Shown one piece after another: positions 49,301 to 59,417 of a stretch of DNA of 64,000 nt (positions are counted from its first letter, which is position 1; each line of letters opens with the position of its first letter). The notes below the pieces were generated by a model. That model did no database searches, was not told where the DNA came from, and was given only the letters and a program-made list of their open reading frames with translations. The stretch spans positions 91,240 through 155,239 of the forward strand of contig JAZURI010000011.1 in the NCBI GenBank assembly GCA_045606105.1. Reading direction: 5' to 3'. Position numbers and translations under genes: made by a program. Source of the DNA: Spirochaetia bacterium (GTDB lineage Bacteria > Spirochaetota > Spirochaetia > CADAEX01).

Positions 49301-52113
49301 TATCTCGAAGAAAGGAGCTCTGTCTTTCCGGCTCCCGCTCCCGCCACCACGGCAATGTCCCGTTTCAGGTCGGAAACCGCAATTCCCTTTTCACCGGTAA
49401 ACATTATCAGCTTCTTTTCGGGAATCCCCCTCTTTTCCCCTTTTGTCTCCGTATCTATCAGAGGATAACCGGTATATATTTTATCCCCCGGACACAGACA
49501 TATATCTTTCTGCTTACGTATGGTCTTAAGCTCAGGACACCCTTTTGCCAACGGACAATATTCGCAGTTATGATTTATTTTTGTACGGAATATTCCCCTG
49601 TCCGCCTCATCCAGCAGCTTATTCAGCTCCTCTGCCATACAGCCGTAATAATCCTCCCAGGCCTTTTCGCCGCAGCCGTCCACCTTCTTGTAGTCACCCA
49701 CATAGGAAACATAGGCCGCAGTTACCGGATGCTTTCCGAATTTCTCCCTGAGCACGGCACCGTAGACCGGAAGCTGTACCAGGCCGTAGTTGAGTATGTC
49801 TTCTTTGTAATCCGAAATACTGCCGGACTTGAAATCGAAAATCAGTATATCGCCGGCAGAGGAACGGCACACAAAATCGGCACGGGTATTCTTTATCCTT
49901 ACACCCGGCACCAGAGGCAGATCTATTCCCTCTATCTCAAGCTCCGGCATGAAGCTTTCGGGATCTGCATCCATTCCGGCAAGCTCTTCCATAAAACGGC
50001 ACAGGAAATACAGATAACGGGAAAAATCCTTGTCGGTAAGCTCCAGATCAGGATATTTTCTGCAGATTTCCTCAAAAATTTTCTTTACTCCAAGCTCATC
50101 AAAAGCTGAAAAAAGCATGAACTCCCCACTGTCAGGTTCATCAGGACTGCAGGTTCCTTTTATATAGCTGCAGATGTTGCGCCTCAGTAAATCCAGGTTT
50201 TTGTACTCAGGCTTGAACAGCTTTTTCTGCACCAGTACCTTTTCCATAAAATAATGGAAGGCGTTTCCCCGGTCAAAATGTTCCCGGTTCTGGACATGGG
50301 GCTTCGGCTGATGACTCTCGTAGGCCGCTCTGGCAGGACAGCTAATGAATTTTTCTATGGAAGTGGCGCTTCCCACCCTTTTTCTCACATCCCCTTTGTA
50401 TACCGGAGCAAAGTTGTCGTTCTTCACATCCTCTCCCGGAGTGTAACAATCGGCAGCAGGAAAGTTTTCGTAGGTTATGTCATCCACGTTGAACGGAAGT
50501 TCTGCCCTGAAATCGGGAACGGAACTTCCAAGCACCTTGATATCATATTCCTTGCCCGGAAAAAGAGCGTAGATATATTCCAGGTAATGGGTCGGAATGG
50601 TGGCTTCGCTGTAGCACGGTATAACGAAGAAGAGCCTGTCCGATGCCTTTCTGATATAAGAGGCAAAGATACTCCTGAGATGCTCCTCCTTGGTACAGCC
50701 GTAGACCAGCCTGTTGAATTCCTCGTGGGATTGGTCGCTGAGAAGAGGATTGGGAGCATTATCCTTCAGGAAGAAGCCCTCCTCCATGTCGACAAAATAG
50801 ATGATACGGCATTTCGGGATATATTCCTCCATCATGGCCAGGGTCACACCGCAGTTGTCATTTGTAAAAGCCGCCTTCTTTCTCGGCAGCAGGATTTCGC
50901 TAAGATAATCGATTCCGTCCTTAAGCTTCAGGCTCTCCCCGAAGACCTTCTCCACCGATTCCCTGTATTCGAAAACCCTTTTTTCCCCTTTTATTCCCAG
51001 TCTGTCGGAAATGTCGGAAACAGTTTTCATAAGCCCTGCCGGCGTGGTTTTCCTGTCTGTGACATCCTTGAGCACGGTCAGGAAGCTGATAAATGCCTTG
51101 GGAATATATCTTCCCCGCTCCCGAAGCTCCTCATCTGTCTTTTCCAGCAATGTAATGAAACTGCCGATATCTTTCGGAAAATCAAAATCAGGCTCGTAGA
51201 AAAATCTCTCTGCATCGTTGTTGTGGATACGGTTATAGTAATCCACCAGGTTCCTTATGTTCAAGTCCAGGACATTGCGGATAAGGGTAAGGATCTCCAG
51301 AGTGCTGTCCGGCTGATTGACACTGACCGATGAAACCACGGGAAATCCGAAGTTCACGAAGCAGGCGGTACCGTTCCGGTGGGATTCCTTGCTGCTGAAC
51401 ACCACGGCAAAATCGCTGAACTCATACCCATGCTTACTGATAAGCTCCATGATGTGGGCACGGATTTCGGTGTACTGGGCAAAAGATTTCTCGGCTTTAA
51501 GGAAACCCACCTTCCCGGCAGTGATACCTGCACCCTTTATTCCCAGAGGATCATCCTCCCCGGGCTGAAGCTCGCTGCTCATGTCGGCCTGAAGCAGCCT
51601 CATCATCTCCTGTTCCAGCTTGGTGTAGTACTGTCCCGGAATAAGCTTGTACATCTTGCCGGTTCTCTGCCCCTGCCTCAGGTTCCGTAACGCCATACGG
51701 TACACATCCGCACGGAAATAAAAGCCCTTTTTCAGGACTGTCCAGTATATTATCTTGCATATCTGCGGAGTAAGCCCCAGCTCCGAGACCTCATCGCAGA
51801 AGGTATATTCATCCAGAAACTTGCTGTGAAATGCCATCTGGTTAAGGAGGGCGAAAATTGCTTTCTTATAACCTTTGTTTCCGAACTTGAACCGGTCCGG
51901 CACCTCAGGAATGTTGTCCAGTATGTAGCCGAAATCGGCCTCCATTATTACCTTTCCCCGGGGTATCATGGCTATATCCCTGGCTATATCATAAAGGGTC
52001 AGCGCCTTGTCGGCAAAGGCTGCCGAGAAGCATCTCTCCTCCATCTCCTTTCTGACAGAAAGACGGATTTTTCTTTCATCCGTATTTTTATTGACAATGT
52101 ATATTGATTCCAT
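46315..52113 (-). CDS. AddB-AddA-like fusion: degenerate helicase region + PD-(D/E)XK nuclease with Fe-S Cys, UvrD/SF1A helicase, RecB-type nuclease
   Basis: SCPAR...RADFV..FDFKSG...QLPVY...CEYCPLAKGC; AGAGAGKT, TFTEKA, VDEFQD, VGDEKQAIYRF, ENYRS, MTVHSSKGLEF, YVALTRA; GIMDL..LDYKT...QVSLY. Confidence 0.85.
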   Translation of the reverse strand: MESIYIVNKNTDERKIRLSVRKEMEERCFSAAFADKALTLYDIARDIAMIPRGKVIMEADFGYILDNIPEVPDRFKFGNKGYKKAIFALLNQMAFHSKFLDEYTFCDEVSELGLTPQICKIIYWTVLKKGFYFRADVYRMALRNLRQGQRTGKMYKLIPGQYYTKLEQEMMRLLQADMSSELQPGEDDPLGIKGAGITAGKVGFLKAEKSFAQYTEIRAHIMELISKHGYEFSDFAVVFSSKESHRNGTACFVNFGFPVVSSVSVNQPDSTLEILTLIRNVLDLNIRNLVDYYNRIHNNDAERFFYEPDFDFPKDIGSFITLLEKTDEELRERGRYIPKAFISFLTVLKDVTDRKTTPAGLMKTVSDISDRLGIKGEKRVFEYRESVEKVFGESLKLKDGIDYLSEILLPRKKAAFTNDNCGVTLAMMEEYIPKCRIIYFVDMEEGFFLKDNAPNPLLSDQSHEEFNRLVYGCTKEEHLRSIFASYIRKASDRLFFVIPCYSEATIPTHYLEYIYALFPGKEYDIKVLGSSVPDFRAELPFNVDDITYENFPAADCYTPGEDVKNDNFAPVYKGDVRKRVGSATSIEKFISCPARAAYESHQPKPHVQNREHFDRGNAFHYFMEKVLVQKKLFKPEYKNLDLLRRNICSYIKGTCSPDEPDSGEFMLFSAFDELGVKKIFEEICRKYPDLELTDKDFSRYLYFLCRFMEELAGMDADPESFMPELEIEGIDLPLVPGVRIKNTRADFVCRSSAGDILIFDFKSGSISDYKEDILNYGLVQLPVYGAVLREKFGKHPVTAAYVSYVGDYKKVDGCGEKAWEDYYGCMAEELNKLLDEADRGIFRTKINHNCEYCPLAKGCPELKTIRKQKDICLCPGDKIYTGYPLIDTETKGEKRGIPEKKLIMFTGEKGIAVSDLKRDIAVVAGAGAGKTELLSSRYVNLIVNGGCTLEEILCITFTEKATGEMQNRIFRKICDTIELNAFYSVESGSYTLTQEQRERLLEAKRSFFSKNRISTNHSFCRNMLLRFEKVRKDSDRDIEAKVADDYIINEKKEEILKRLIDSYREKSENFMLWSRYISRKTLTEEFLNLMNRIKLSGTALSESSRVLFDRLFDEHKKILLTVLENMNERLGEISDNLIQVFREYIEEETNKNSVNAVLKKIERLEKRDFSAVGNDTCTAKVYKSSQRASSLLAEFKKIYRMLKPEPDISALPENFEKNIRLDIFDLMTEAEKEIEAYKTEKSVIELSDFPIYMTELLENEEIRKQISGEIRHIMVDEFQDSNWLQKKILDGIHTPENTLFIVGDEKQAIYRFQQCDNQIFEYFKKKEGTLVVSLNENYRSKEKIVNFSNSFFSSCNKYSSYRIINESMIPVRKEKNPGKRVFFTNIYFSKDDKTEDAPRKDLIRRLKIKEGDYIANLIRKNGKEKYGSWGILIRSYTDVSYILEALRTAGIPYSFIMKRDFFNLPEIYELILLLKVIYGILPESVLASFPVLAELYRRERDPGKGVLFTLQEIIASREYSLHMGRTQGAASYISVFTEYLGEVAEKFDNCPESIFNHLDSMTEENTKECVIAVAESVKIMTVHSSKGLEFDNLILAKVTSRDYMESEELSFINLSQGDGLVTDFGVRRVRELNDGDSEFPFSVCMKYENTEFDEREYANLLYVALTRARDNLFVTLRTENYDADKPAVPDANWYKNILSNLDSVPAAAEIENIHFECIATPEAEKGASRSESMPFIREEGFSDLLEYGSVSRYLNGETDEEEAKAEYTGGENRDNRSNDIGTAVHSWFEKKLLEIKYDAVDPENIDSKMLELPADIKKKAENFIRKGLMNKEYRELVRNAAGMRAEAGILFRHEDRMLYGIMDLVVGDGREFVILDYKTHTGGRLDRETLDRYSRQVSLYAQGLAALYPGMPIRKMLLVMPTEGDAVMVEVK

Positions 52114-52181
52114 TTTTACAATATATATTACTTCTTGCGTTTTGGCAAATTAAAGGGTAAAATATGAGGCAAGGGGTTTTT

Positions 52182-53504
52182 ATGGAAAAAGGTAATTTCA
52201 AAGCATTGTTCCCGATCGGAATATTTCTGGTACTCTATCTCGGACTGGGAATCCTTTTTGAGTATATTCTCAAGATTCCGATGGGATTCTACAACATTCC
52301 CATAGTAGTGATTTTTCTTATTGCTCTTGTTACAGCATGTCTGCAGAATCCATCTCTCAAGCTGGACCATAAACTGGAAATCATGTCCAGAGGGGTGGGC
52401 GACAAGAATATCGTAACCATGATCCTTATCTTCATGGCAGCAGGTGCCTTCGTAGGTATCGTAGGAAGAAGCAGTGCCGAAAGCGTGGCCTACTTCCTCC
52501 TTTCCATAATTCCGGAAGAATTTTCCGTGGTTGTCCTCTTTCTGGTCAGTACCTTTGTTTCTCTGGCCATGGGTACCTCCGTGGGAACCATTACCCTTAT
52601 ATCACCTATTGCGGTAGCCATTGCCTCAACCTCCGGCTTCTCGGTACCTCTCTGTCTGGGAACCGTAGTGGGCGGCGCCATGTTCGGAGACAACCTCTCC
52701 TTTATTTCAGATACCACCATTGCAGCCTGTAATGGACAGGGCTGTGACATGAGGGACAAGTTCAGGCAGAACTTCGGCATAGCCCTTCCTGCCGCCGCCG
52801 TAACACTGGTCATTATACTGATCCGCTCCATGGGAGCCGAGCTGGGAGAATCGGTAACCAAGGAATATAACCTGATACAGATCATCCCTTATGTCCTGGT
52901 TCTTGCGGGAGGTATCATCGGTATCAATGTATTCGTGGTTCTTCTTATCGGTATAGTCAGCGGCTCCCTTATCATGCTGGCCACAGGTGCGGTCAGCGCC
53001 ACAAGCATCCTTTCCAACATGGGAAACGGTGTTTCCGGCATGTTTGAAACAACCATGGTAGCCATCCTTGTGGCAGCCATCTGCTCGCTGATTACAGAAT
53101 ACGGCGGTTTTGCAGCCCTGCTTCAGCTTATAAAGAGCATCTTCAAGGGAAAAAGAGGGGGAATGCTGGGAATGGGACTTCTGGTAGGAGCCATGGATAT
53201 CGCCACAGCAAACAACACCGTAGCCATAGTAATGGCAAACCCGATTGCCAAGGAAATGGCCGGCAACTACGGTATCTCCCCAAAGAAGGCAGCATCCATA
53301 CTGGACACCTTCTCCTGTATCTTCCAGGGAATAATCCCTTACGGAGCCCAGATGCTGGTGGCCCTCTCCGTTGCTGACGGAATGGGCTTCGAGGTTTCCG
53401 CCTTCCAGGTAATACCTAACCTGACCTACCCTTTCATGCTGTTCATCAGCTCCATGGTCTTTGTATTCATACTTCCTGAAAAAGGGATAAAGAGCGGTAA
53501 ATAA
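52182..53504 (+). CDS. NhaC-family Na+/H+ antiporter-like transporter
   Basis: MGTSVGT, GAMFGDNLSFISDTT. Confidence 0.85.
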   Translation: MEKGNFKALFPIGIFLVLYLGLGILFEYILKIPMGFYNIPIVVIFLIALVTACLQNPSLKLDHKLEIMSRGVGDKNIVTMILIFMAAGAFVGIVGRSSAESVAYFLLSIIPEEFSVVVLFLVSTFVSLAMGTSVGTITLISPIAVAIASTSGFSVPLCLGTVVGGAMFGDNLSFISDTTIAACNGQGCDMRDKFRQNFGIALPAAAVTLVIILIRSMGAELGESVTKEYNLIQIIPYVLVLAGGIIGINVFVVLLIGIVSGSLIMLATGAVSATSILSNMGNGVSGMFETTMVAILVAAICSLITEYGGFAALLQLIKSIFKGKRGGMLGMGLLVGAMDIATANNTVAIVMANPIAKEMAGNYGISPKKAASILDTFSCIFQGIIPYGAQMLVALSVADGMGFEVSAFQVIPNLTYPFMLFISSMVFVFILPEKGIKSGK

Positions 53505-53567
53505 ATTTTCCTTGCGTCCCCGTGATATTGCCTTTATAATAGAGGTATATATCAAGAACGGGGGAAC

Positions 53568-54308
53568 TTGATTATGGAAACTGCTCAGCTTCTGGCATTG
53601 GGGTTGTACGGCTTTTTCATGGGTCTGGAAAGGTCCGGAATAAGAACAATCAACATGCCTGTTATTCCTTTCGTCATTTCTGCCTTCGGTCCCATGGCTG
53701 CAATGGGATATATGCTTCCCATTGTCCTTATTGCCGATATCTTTTCCATTACCTACTACAAGCGGAATGCCGATTTCAGGCTTCTGGCCAGGACCTTTCC
53801 CGGTGCAGTACTGGGTATCGTCACAGGCACCCTCATAGGAAAGGAGCTTTCGGTTCCGGTATTCAAGGGTCTGGTGGGTGCCATAATCATCATCAGCCTC
53901 TGCTTCATCATCTTCAACGATATCCGTAAAAAAAAGGAAATATCGGGAAAAGCAGCCGTGGCAGCAGGTCTCATCTTTGCATTCTTTACCGGGCTGGCAT
54001 CCATGCTGGGGGCATCCGGCGGACCTGTTATCCTGACATACCTTCTCATGCTGAACCTGAGCAAGGAAAAGCTGATAGGAACCTCCGCCTATTTCTTCTT
54101 TTTTGTAAACATAACCAAGCTACCTATGTATCTGCTGGTCTGGAACAATATCTCGGTATCATCCCTGCTGACCAACCTTTCGCTGGTTCCGGTAATGGCA
54201 CTGGGTATAATTGTGGGTCTTCAGATCGTAAAGAGATTCAGCAACCGCTTCTACCGTTATTTCATCATAGGAATTTCATTTATCTCGGCTGTCAGACTCT
54301 TCTTCTAA
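53568..54308 (+). CDS. TauE/SafE-family sulfite exporter-like protein
   Basis: Multi-TM, GASGGP, NITKLP. Confidence 0.8.
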   Translation: MIMETAQLLALGLYGFFMGLERSGIRTINMPVIPFVISAFGPMAAMGYMLPIVLIADIFSITYYKRNADFRLLARTFPGAVLGIVTGTLIGKELSVPVFKGLVGAIIIISLCFIIFNDIRKKKEISGKAAVAAGLIFAFFTGLASMLGASGGPVILTYLLMLNLSKEKLIGTSAYFFFFVNITKLPMYLLVWNNISVSSLLTNLSLVPVMALGIIVGLQIVKRFSNRFYRYFIIGISFISAVRLFF

Positions 54309-55647
54309 GCTGCTTTATCTCGGCACGGATAAACAGGTAGGTCAGCAGAACGGAAAAGACATCTGCCACCGGAAATGCCATGTAGGCACCCATGATTCCG
54401 AAAAACTTAGGCAGTATCATCACCAGCGGAATAAGCAGGAGAATCTGTCTGGAAAGACTGAGTATGGTACTCTGCATAGGCTTTCCTATGGCCTGGAAGA
54501 AGTTTGATGTAATGATCTGGAATCCGATGATAGGGATGAACATGGTGGTTACCCTGAGGGCCCTGATTCCCAGCTCCATGAGCTCTGCATTGTCCTTGCT
54601 GAATATAAGGATTATCTGCCGAGGGAAAACCTGGATTATGACAAAGCAGACCAGAACAAAGATGGTGGAGCTTTTTACCGTAAGCCAATAGGTATCCAAT
54701 ACCCTGAGTATCTTCTTTGCACCGTAGTTGTATCCCACTATAGGCTGCATTCCCGCATTGAGGCCGTGAAGAGGCTGTATCATCAATATCAGTACGCTGT
54801 AGATTATTCCCATGACAGCCACCGCAGTATCTCCCCCGTAGGTCATGAGAGTCCTGTTGAGAACCAGGTTCATTATATTCATGGCCATGTTCAGGGCAAA
54901 GGGGGCAAAGCCGATGGTAAGTATGGACATGGTCAGCCTAAACTCCGGCTTCATGGCCCTGAGCCTGAAACGGAGAGGAGTATGCCTGGAATTGAAATAA
55001 TACATTACCCATACGAAGGAGAGAAACTGGGAGATAACCGTAGCCCAGGCCGCCCCCTCCATCCCCCAGCCGAAGCCGAGAATGAAAACCGCATCCAGGA
55101 TAATGTTGACACCGGCCCCCAGAAGCTGTGTGAACATGGAGGTCTTCGGGTGGCCGTCGGAACGGATGAAGTGGTTTATGCCCGGTCCCATGGCCGCAAA
55201 TACGGAGCCGTAGAGAATGATACGGAGATAGCTTTCCGCATAAGGCATTATGGTTTCTCCCGTTCCGATGAATACCAGCAACGGCTTCAGGAAGATTATG
55301 CATGGAAGTATGGCAATGAGAGGTACCAGGAACAGGTACAGAAAGGCATGGCCCATGATCTTGTCGATAATCTCACGGTTTCCCTCCCCCAGCTTGATGG
55401 AGAAAAGGGCATTGGCTCCGATACCGATAAGCATGGAGGCAGCCATGAAGGTCATTACCACAGGCATGGTTACAGCTATGGCGGCAATTCCCTCAGGCCC
55501 TACCCCGTGTCCCACGAAAATGCGGTCCGTAATGTTGTAGAGAGCCAGAACCAGCATCCCTATGATGGCCGGAATGGAGAAGGAGAGAAGCAGAACCCTG
55601 ATATCGTCGGTTCCCAACCTGTCTGTGGCGCGTGATATTTTTCCCAT
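54292..55647 (-). CDS. MATE-family efflux transporter
   Basis: LYNITDRIFVG, NIILDAVFI, VGYNYGA, LSRQILL. Confidence 0.92.
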   Translation of the reverse strand: MGKISRATDRLGTDDIRVLLLSFSIPAIIGMLVLALYNITDRIFVGHGVGPEGIAAIAVTMPVVMTFMAASMLIGIGANALFSIKLGEGNREIIDKIMGHAFLYLFLVPLIAILPCIIFLKPLLVFIGTGETIMPYAESYLRIILYGSVFAAMGPGINHFIRSDGHPKTSMFTQLLGAGVNIILDAVFILGFGWGMEGAAWATVISQFLSFVWVMYYFNSRHTPLRFRLRAMKPEFRLTMSILTIGFAPFALNMAMNIMNLVLNRTLMTYGGDTAVAVMGIIYSVLILMIQPLHGLNAGMQPIVGYNYGAKKILRVLDTYWLTVKSSTIFVLVCFVIIQVFPRQIILIFSKDNAELMELGIRALRVTTMFIPIIGFQIITSNFFQAIGKPMQSTILSLSRQILLLIPLVMILPKFFGIMGAYMAFPVADVFSVLLTYLFIRAEIKQLRRRV

Positions 55648-55725
55648 AATTCATATAGATAATAATGCTAATTATAATTTCTGACAATACTTCACAAAAG
55701 AGCCCATATATCTTATATTTTATTT

Positions 55726-56127
55726 ATGTTCGAACACCCAAAAATGGTTAAATTCAATAAGCAGATGAAGGATATGCTGGATGCGGCCGACAAGTACATT
55801 GAGGACACATACGGCACCCTTTACACACTGCACCCGGCCCGTCCGAAAAGGGGCTCCACTTCCAATCCCCAGGCAGACGGACTTTTCAGCGTAGGGGCAG
55901 ACTTTACGCCGGGCTTCGGGTCAAAGCTGGGCCGGGGCTACATCATCGATGTGGAGATGAAGACCCTGGAAAAGGTTCCTGCCGAAAAGAGACAGGAAAT
56001 ATACGAATCAGCAGTAGCCAGGATAAAGGAGCTTCTGCCGGTCTATTTTCCGGAAAGAAAGCTTGATGTGCACAGAGAAGAGAATCACTTCAAGATTCAG
56101 GGTGATTTCAGCTTAGGTTCCCTGTAG
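55726..56127 (+). CDS. Hypothetical protein
   Basis: 133-aa ORF with host-like codon usage upstream of the DUF1015 gene. Confidence 0.7.
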   Translation: MFEHPKMVKFNKQMKDMLDAADKYIEDTYGTLYTLHPARPKRGSTSNPQADGLFSVGADFTPGFGSKLGRGYIIDVEMKTLEKVPAEKRQEIYESAVARIKELLPVYFPERKLDVHREENHFKIQGDFSLGSL

Positions 56128-56151
56128 AACCATATACATAAGGAGAAAAAT

Positions 56152-57420
56152 ATGGAGACATTGAAAAAAGCAGGAGTGGGTATTCCTGAAATCTATGTAC
56201 CTGACACAGCAAAATGTCAGTTTGAAAAATGGGCTGTAATTGCCGGAGACCAGTTTACATCAAACAAGGGCTACTGGGCAGAGACAGAAGAGATTGCAGC
56301 CGGTTCCCCATCCACCCTCAACCTGTTTCTCCCGGAGGTTTATCTCAAGGAGGTGAATCTTGACGAAAAAATCAAGGAAATCAACGGCACAATGGATAAA
56401 TATCTTGCAGACGGAACCCTGAAAAAGCTCCCTGCAGGTTTCATGCTGGTGGAAAGGACCACAGCCTTCAGTCCTGTAAGAATCGGACTCCTGGTAAACC
56501 TGGACCTGGATCAGTATGACTACAGCGAAAACACCACAAGCCTTATCCAGCCTACAGAAAAGACTGTAGTGGAAAGACTTCCGGTAAGAGTAAAGATCAG
56601 GGAGAACGCAGCCCTGGACATGCCTCATATCCTGGTTTTTATCGATGACAAGGATGAAAAGCTTATCGAAAGTCTCTATGAGCAGAGGGAGAGCTTCAGC
56701 AAGATCTATGACTTCGAGCTCATGCAGAAGGGAGGCCATATCAGAGGCTGGCATATTCCTGCCGACGACCCTGCAGTAAAGGTCATTGCAGATAAATTCC
56801 TGGCACTCAAGGAAAAGAATCATCCGCTTTTCGCCATGGGCGACGGTAACCATTCCCTGGCTGCAGCCAAGAACACATGGGAAAACATCAAGGCAACCGG
56901 AGTAGAAGATCATCCTGCACGCTGGGCCATGACAGAGATCGTAAACATCAACAGCGACGGAATCGTATTCCACCCTATCCACAAGGTCATGTTCAATGTG
57001 GATCCTGAAAAGCTGATGTCAGAGCTTCAGAAGGAGCTGAAATGTACTGTAAAGGATACCTGCAGATGCAGCCTGAAGGCTTCCGAAAACCCTATGGAAA
57101 TCTATTATGTTTCAAAGGAAAAGGCAGGAATCATCACTCTTGAAGGAGAAAACATCCTGGCAGCAGAAGAGCTCCAGAGCTTCCTTGACAGATATCTCAA
57201 GGCAAACGGAGAGGCTTCCATCGACTATATCCACGGTGAAAAGGATCTGGAAGAGCTGGGAGAAAAGGATTCAGCCATCGGCTTCCTCCTGCCGGAAATT
57301 GCAAAGAGTGCATTCTTCAAGCGCCTGGCCACCAAGGGAGTCTATCCGAGAAAGACATTCTCCATCGGGGAATCGCTTGAAAAACGCTACTATCTGGAAT
57401 CCCAGGTTATTAAATTATAA
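56152..57420 (+). CDS. DUF1015 family protein
   Basis: WAVIAGDQFTS, TEKTVVERLP.R, GDGNHSLA, YIHG, PRKTFS. Confidence 0.85.
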   Translation: METLKKAGVGIPEIYVPDTAKCQFEKWAVIAGDQFTSNKGYWAETEEIAAGSPSTLNLFLPEVYLKEVNLDEKIKEINGTMDKYLADGTLKKLPAGFMLVERTTAFSPVRIGLLVNLDLDQYDYSENTTSLIQPTEKTVVERLPVRVKIRENAALDMPHILVFIDDKDEKLIESLYEQRESFSKIYDFELMQKGGHIRGWHIPADDPAVKVIADKFLALKEKNHPLFAMGDGNHSLAAAKNTWENIKATGVEDHPARWAMTEIVNINSDGIVFHPIHKVMFNVDPEKLMSELQKELKCTVKDTCRCSLKASENPMEIYYVSKEKAGIITLEGENILAAEELQSFLDRYLKANGEASIDYIHGEKDLEELGEKDSAIGFLLPEIAKSAFFKRLATKGVYPRKTFSIGESLEKRYYLESQVIKL

Positions 57421-58470
57421 TCCGAATTCCTGAATATACTTCCGGGCATATCTGTTGTCCGGATCGAAAACCAGTGCCGAGTTGAAAAATCCCTTGGCAT
57501 TGGTCTTATCTCCCTTCTTCATGGAGAGCAGGCCGTAATTTATCATTATGGTGCTGTTTTCAGGTTCCTTCTTCATGGCATCTATAAGATAACCCTCAGC
57601 CTCCTTGAGACCGTCGGTTTCCATGCAGCATACAGCCAGCTCGTTGAGAAGCTCCACTGAATCGCCCCCCTTGTCCCGGGCCATGAGAAATGCCTCCTTG
57701 GCCTCCAGATACCTTTTTCCCTTACGGAGTCCCCAGCCGAGAACAAACCATCCGTTCCAGATATCGCCGTGAAGCTCCAGGAACTTGTTGATGCTGGCTA
57801 TACCCTCGTCAATCTTGTCCATCTTGATGAAATCAAAGGCCTCCTGAAAGAAGTTATCGGCCAGGTCGTGGTCATCCAGCTTCTGTATGATTTCCCTGGC
57901 AGCCTCCTTCTTCTCGCACTCGCCGCTGAGCTCAATGAACCGGGCCAGATGCTCCCGGGCCTTGATGTAGTTGCTCTGGTTCAGGTAGAACGCACCGGAA
58001 TAGAAGTGAACCTCTGCACAGTCGGGAGCCGCATCCAGTGCCTTCTTGAAAGTATCGTAGGCCTTGTCATAAAGCTTCTCGTCATTGTCCGATGCCTTGG
58101 CATGCTCCTCGTAGACACGGGCCAGGTTGAGAAGGTTCGGGATATCCTCCGGCTCCAGTCCCTCCAGGGCCAGGAAAACCTCCTCTGCAATACCGTAGTT
58201 TCCGTTGGCAGCCTTGTAGATGGCCACCTGGGTCATCTCCTTGAAAAGGTCCGGTTTTACAGCCTTCACGAACTGACGGTAATAATCCAGATGCTCATGG
58301 TCCCTGTTATATGCCAGAAGCTTCAGCATTGCGGCAATTATCATTTCCCAGGAAATCTCTTTCCCGTCCGGATTCTCCACAGGAAGTGGAATATCGGGAT
58401 TTACCACAAAGCCGTTGATCTCTTTTTTCATTTCTTCATTAATTTTAATAAAAACTATACCGTTATCCAT
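57415..58470 (-). CDS. Tetratricopeptide-repeat protein
   Basis: Repeated TPR-like helical motifs. Confidence 0.8.
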   Translation of the reverse strand: MDNGIVFIKINEEMKKEINGFVVNPDIPLPVENPDGKEISWEMIIAAMLKLLAYNRDHEHLDYYRQFVKAVKPDLFKEMTQVAIYKAANGNYGIAEEVFLALEGLEPEDIPNLLNLARVYEEHAKASDNDEKLYDKAYDTFKKALDAAPDCAEVHFYSGAFYLNQSNYIKAREHLARFIELSGECEKKEAAREIIQKLDDHDLADNFFQEAFDFIKMDKIDEGIASINKFLELHGDIWNGWFVLGWGLRKGKRYLEAKEAFLMARDKGGDSVELLNELAVCCMETDGLKEAEGYLIDAMKKEPENSTIMINYGLLSMKKGDKTNAKGFFNSALVFDPDNRYARKYIQEFGL

Positions 58471-58507
58471 ATAAATATAGTATTGTTAATAATAAGAGGT
58501 GTCAATA

Positions 58508-58987
58508 ATGAAGATTTTTCTTAACGGAAAGGAAGTGACTTTCAATCAGACAGACGAAAGATATGTAAGTGATGTGCTTATCAGGCTTCTCCCATGGATG
58601 GAGCAGAACGGATTCTTTATGGACAGCATTGCCATCAACAAGGTTCTTTATCACAAGGAAAACCTTCCGGAGCTGGCCGGCATGGAGATAGAGGATGTGG
58701 ACAAGATGGAGGTGATTGCCTACTCAAAGATGGAAATCGAGTTTGTCCAGTATTCGGTGCTCAAGAACTACTTTACCGCCGTCCTGGAGGCTATCGAAAA
58801 GAATGATACCGAAAAATTCAATGTGCTGGCAGAAAATTTCGAAGAGATAAAGCATACCCTCTCCCTGAACATAAAGTTTGAAGGGGTGGATATAGAGCTG
58901 AAGATGGATGAAAAGCTGAAGGAATCGGCAGCCACAATTATCAAGCTCTGCGATGCAAGTCTTGCAGAAATAAAGAAATTCAAATAA
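58508..58987 (+). CDS. Hypothetical protein upstream of tsaE
   Basis: ORF with GAGG RBS, co-oriented with tsaEB. Confidence 0.7.
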   Translation: MKIFLNGKEVTFNQTDERYVSDVLIRLLPWMEQNGFFMDSIAINKVLYHKENLPELAGMEIEDVDKMEVIAYSKMEIEFVQYSVLKNYFTAVLEAIEKNDTEKFNVLAENFEEIKHTLSLNIKFEGVDIELKMDEKLKESAATIIKLCDASLAEIKKFK

Positions 58988-58997
58988 TATTGCCGTA

Positions 58998-59417
58998 ATG
59001 ATATTTAGAACACGCACTCCGCAGGAAACAATGGATTTAGGAAAAAAACTGGCCGGCAAGCTGGTTCCCGACTCTGTAATAGCCCTTAACGGCACATTGG
59101 GGGCAGGAAAGACTGTCTTTACCAAGGGAATAGCCCTGGGTCTGGGAATTTCGGAAACCATAAAGAGCCCCACATTCACCATCATATGCCAGTATGAGGG
59201 AAGACTTCCCCTTTACCACATGGATGCCTACCGTATTTTCGGGGATGAGGAATTTGAGATGACGGGAGGAAAGGAGCTTCTTACCGGCGGCGGTGTTTCT
59301 GTAATAGAATGGAGCGAGAATATTGCCGACTCCATGCCTGAAAACCTGATTGAAGTGAATATCAGGGTAATCTCCCCTGAAGAAAGGGAAATTGAGATAA
59401 AGGGAATTGAACCATGA
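58998..59417 (+). CDS. tsaE: t6A biosynthesis ATPase
   Basis: GTLGAGKT, SPTF, HMDAYR, IEW. Confidence 0.95.
   Translation: MIFRTRTPQETMDLGKKLAGKLVPDSVIALNGTLGAGKTVFTKGIALGLGISETIKSPTFTIICQYEGRLPLYHMDAYRIFGDEEFEMTGGKELLTGGGVSVIEWSENIADSMPENLIEVNIRVISPEEREIEIKGIEP

Noticed and set aside
47000-51333. Long plus-strand ORFs (e.g. 48769..50109, 50254..51333) opposite the AddBA fusion
   Set aside because: Antisense shadows of a well-supported gene; no motifs or RBS.
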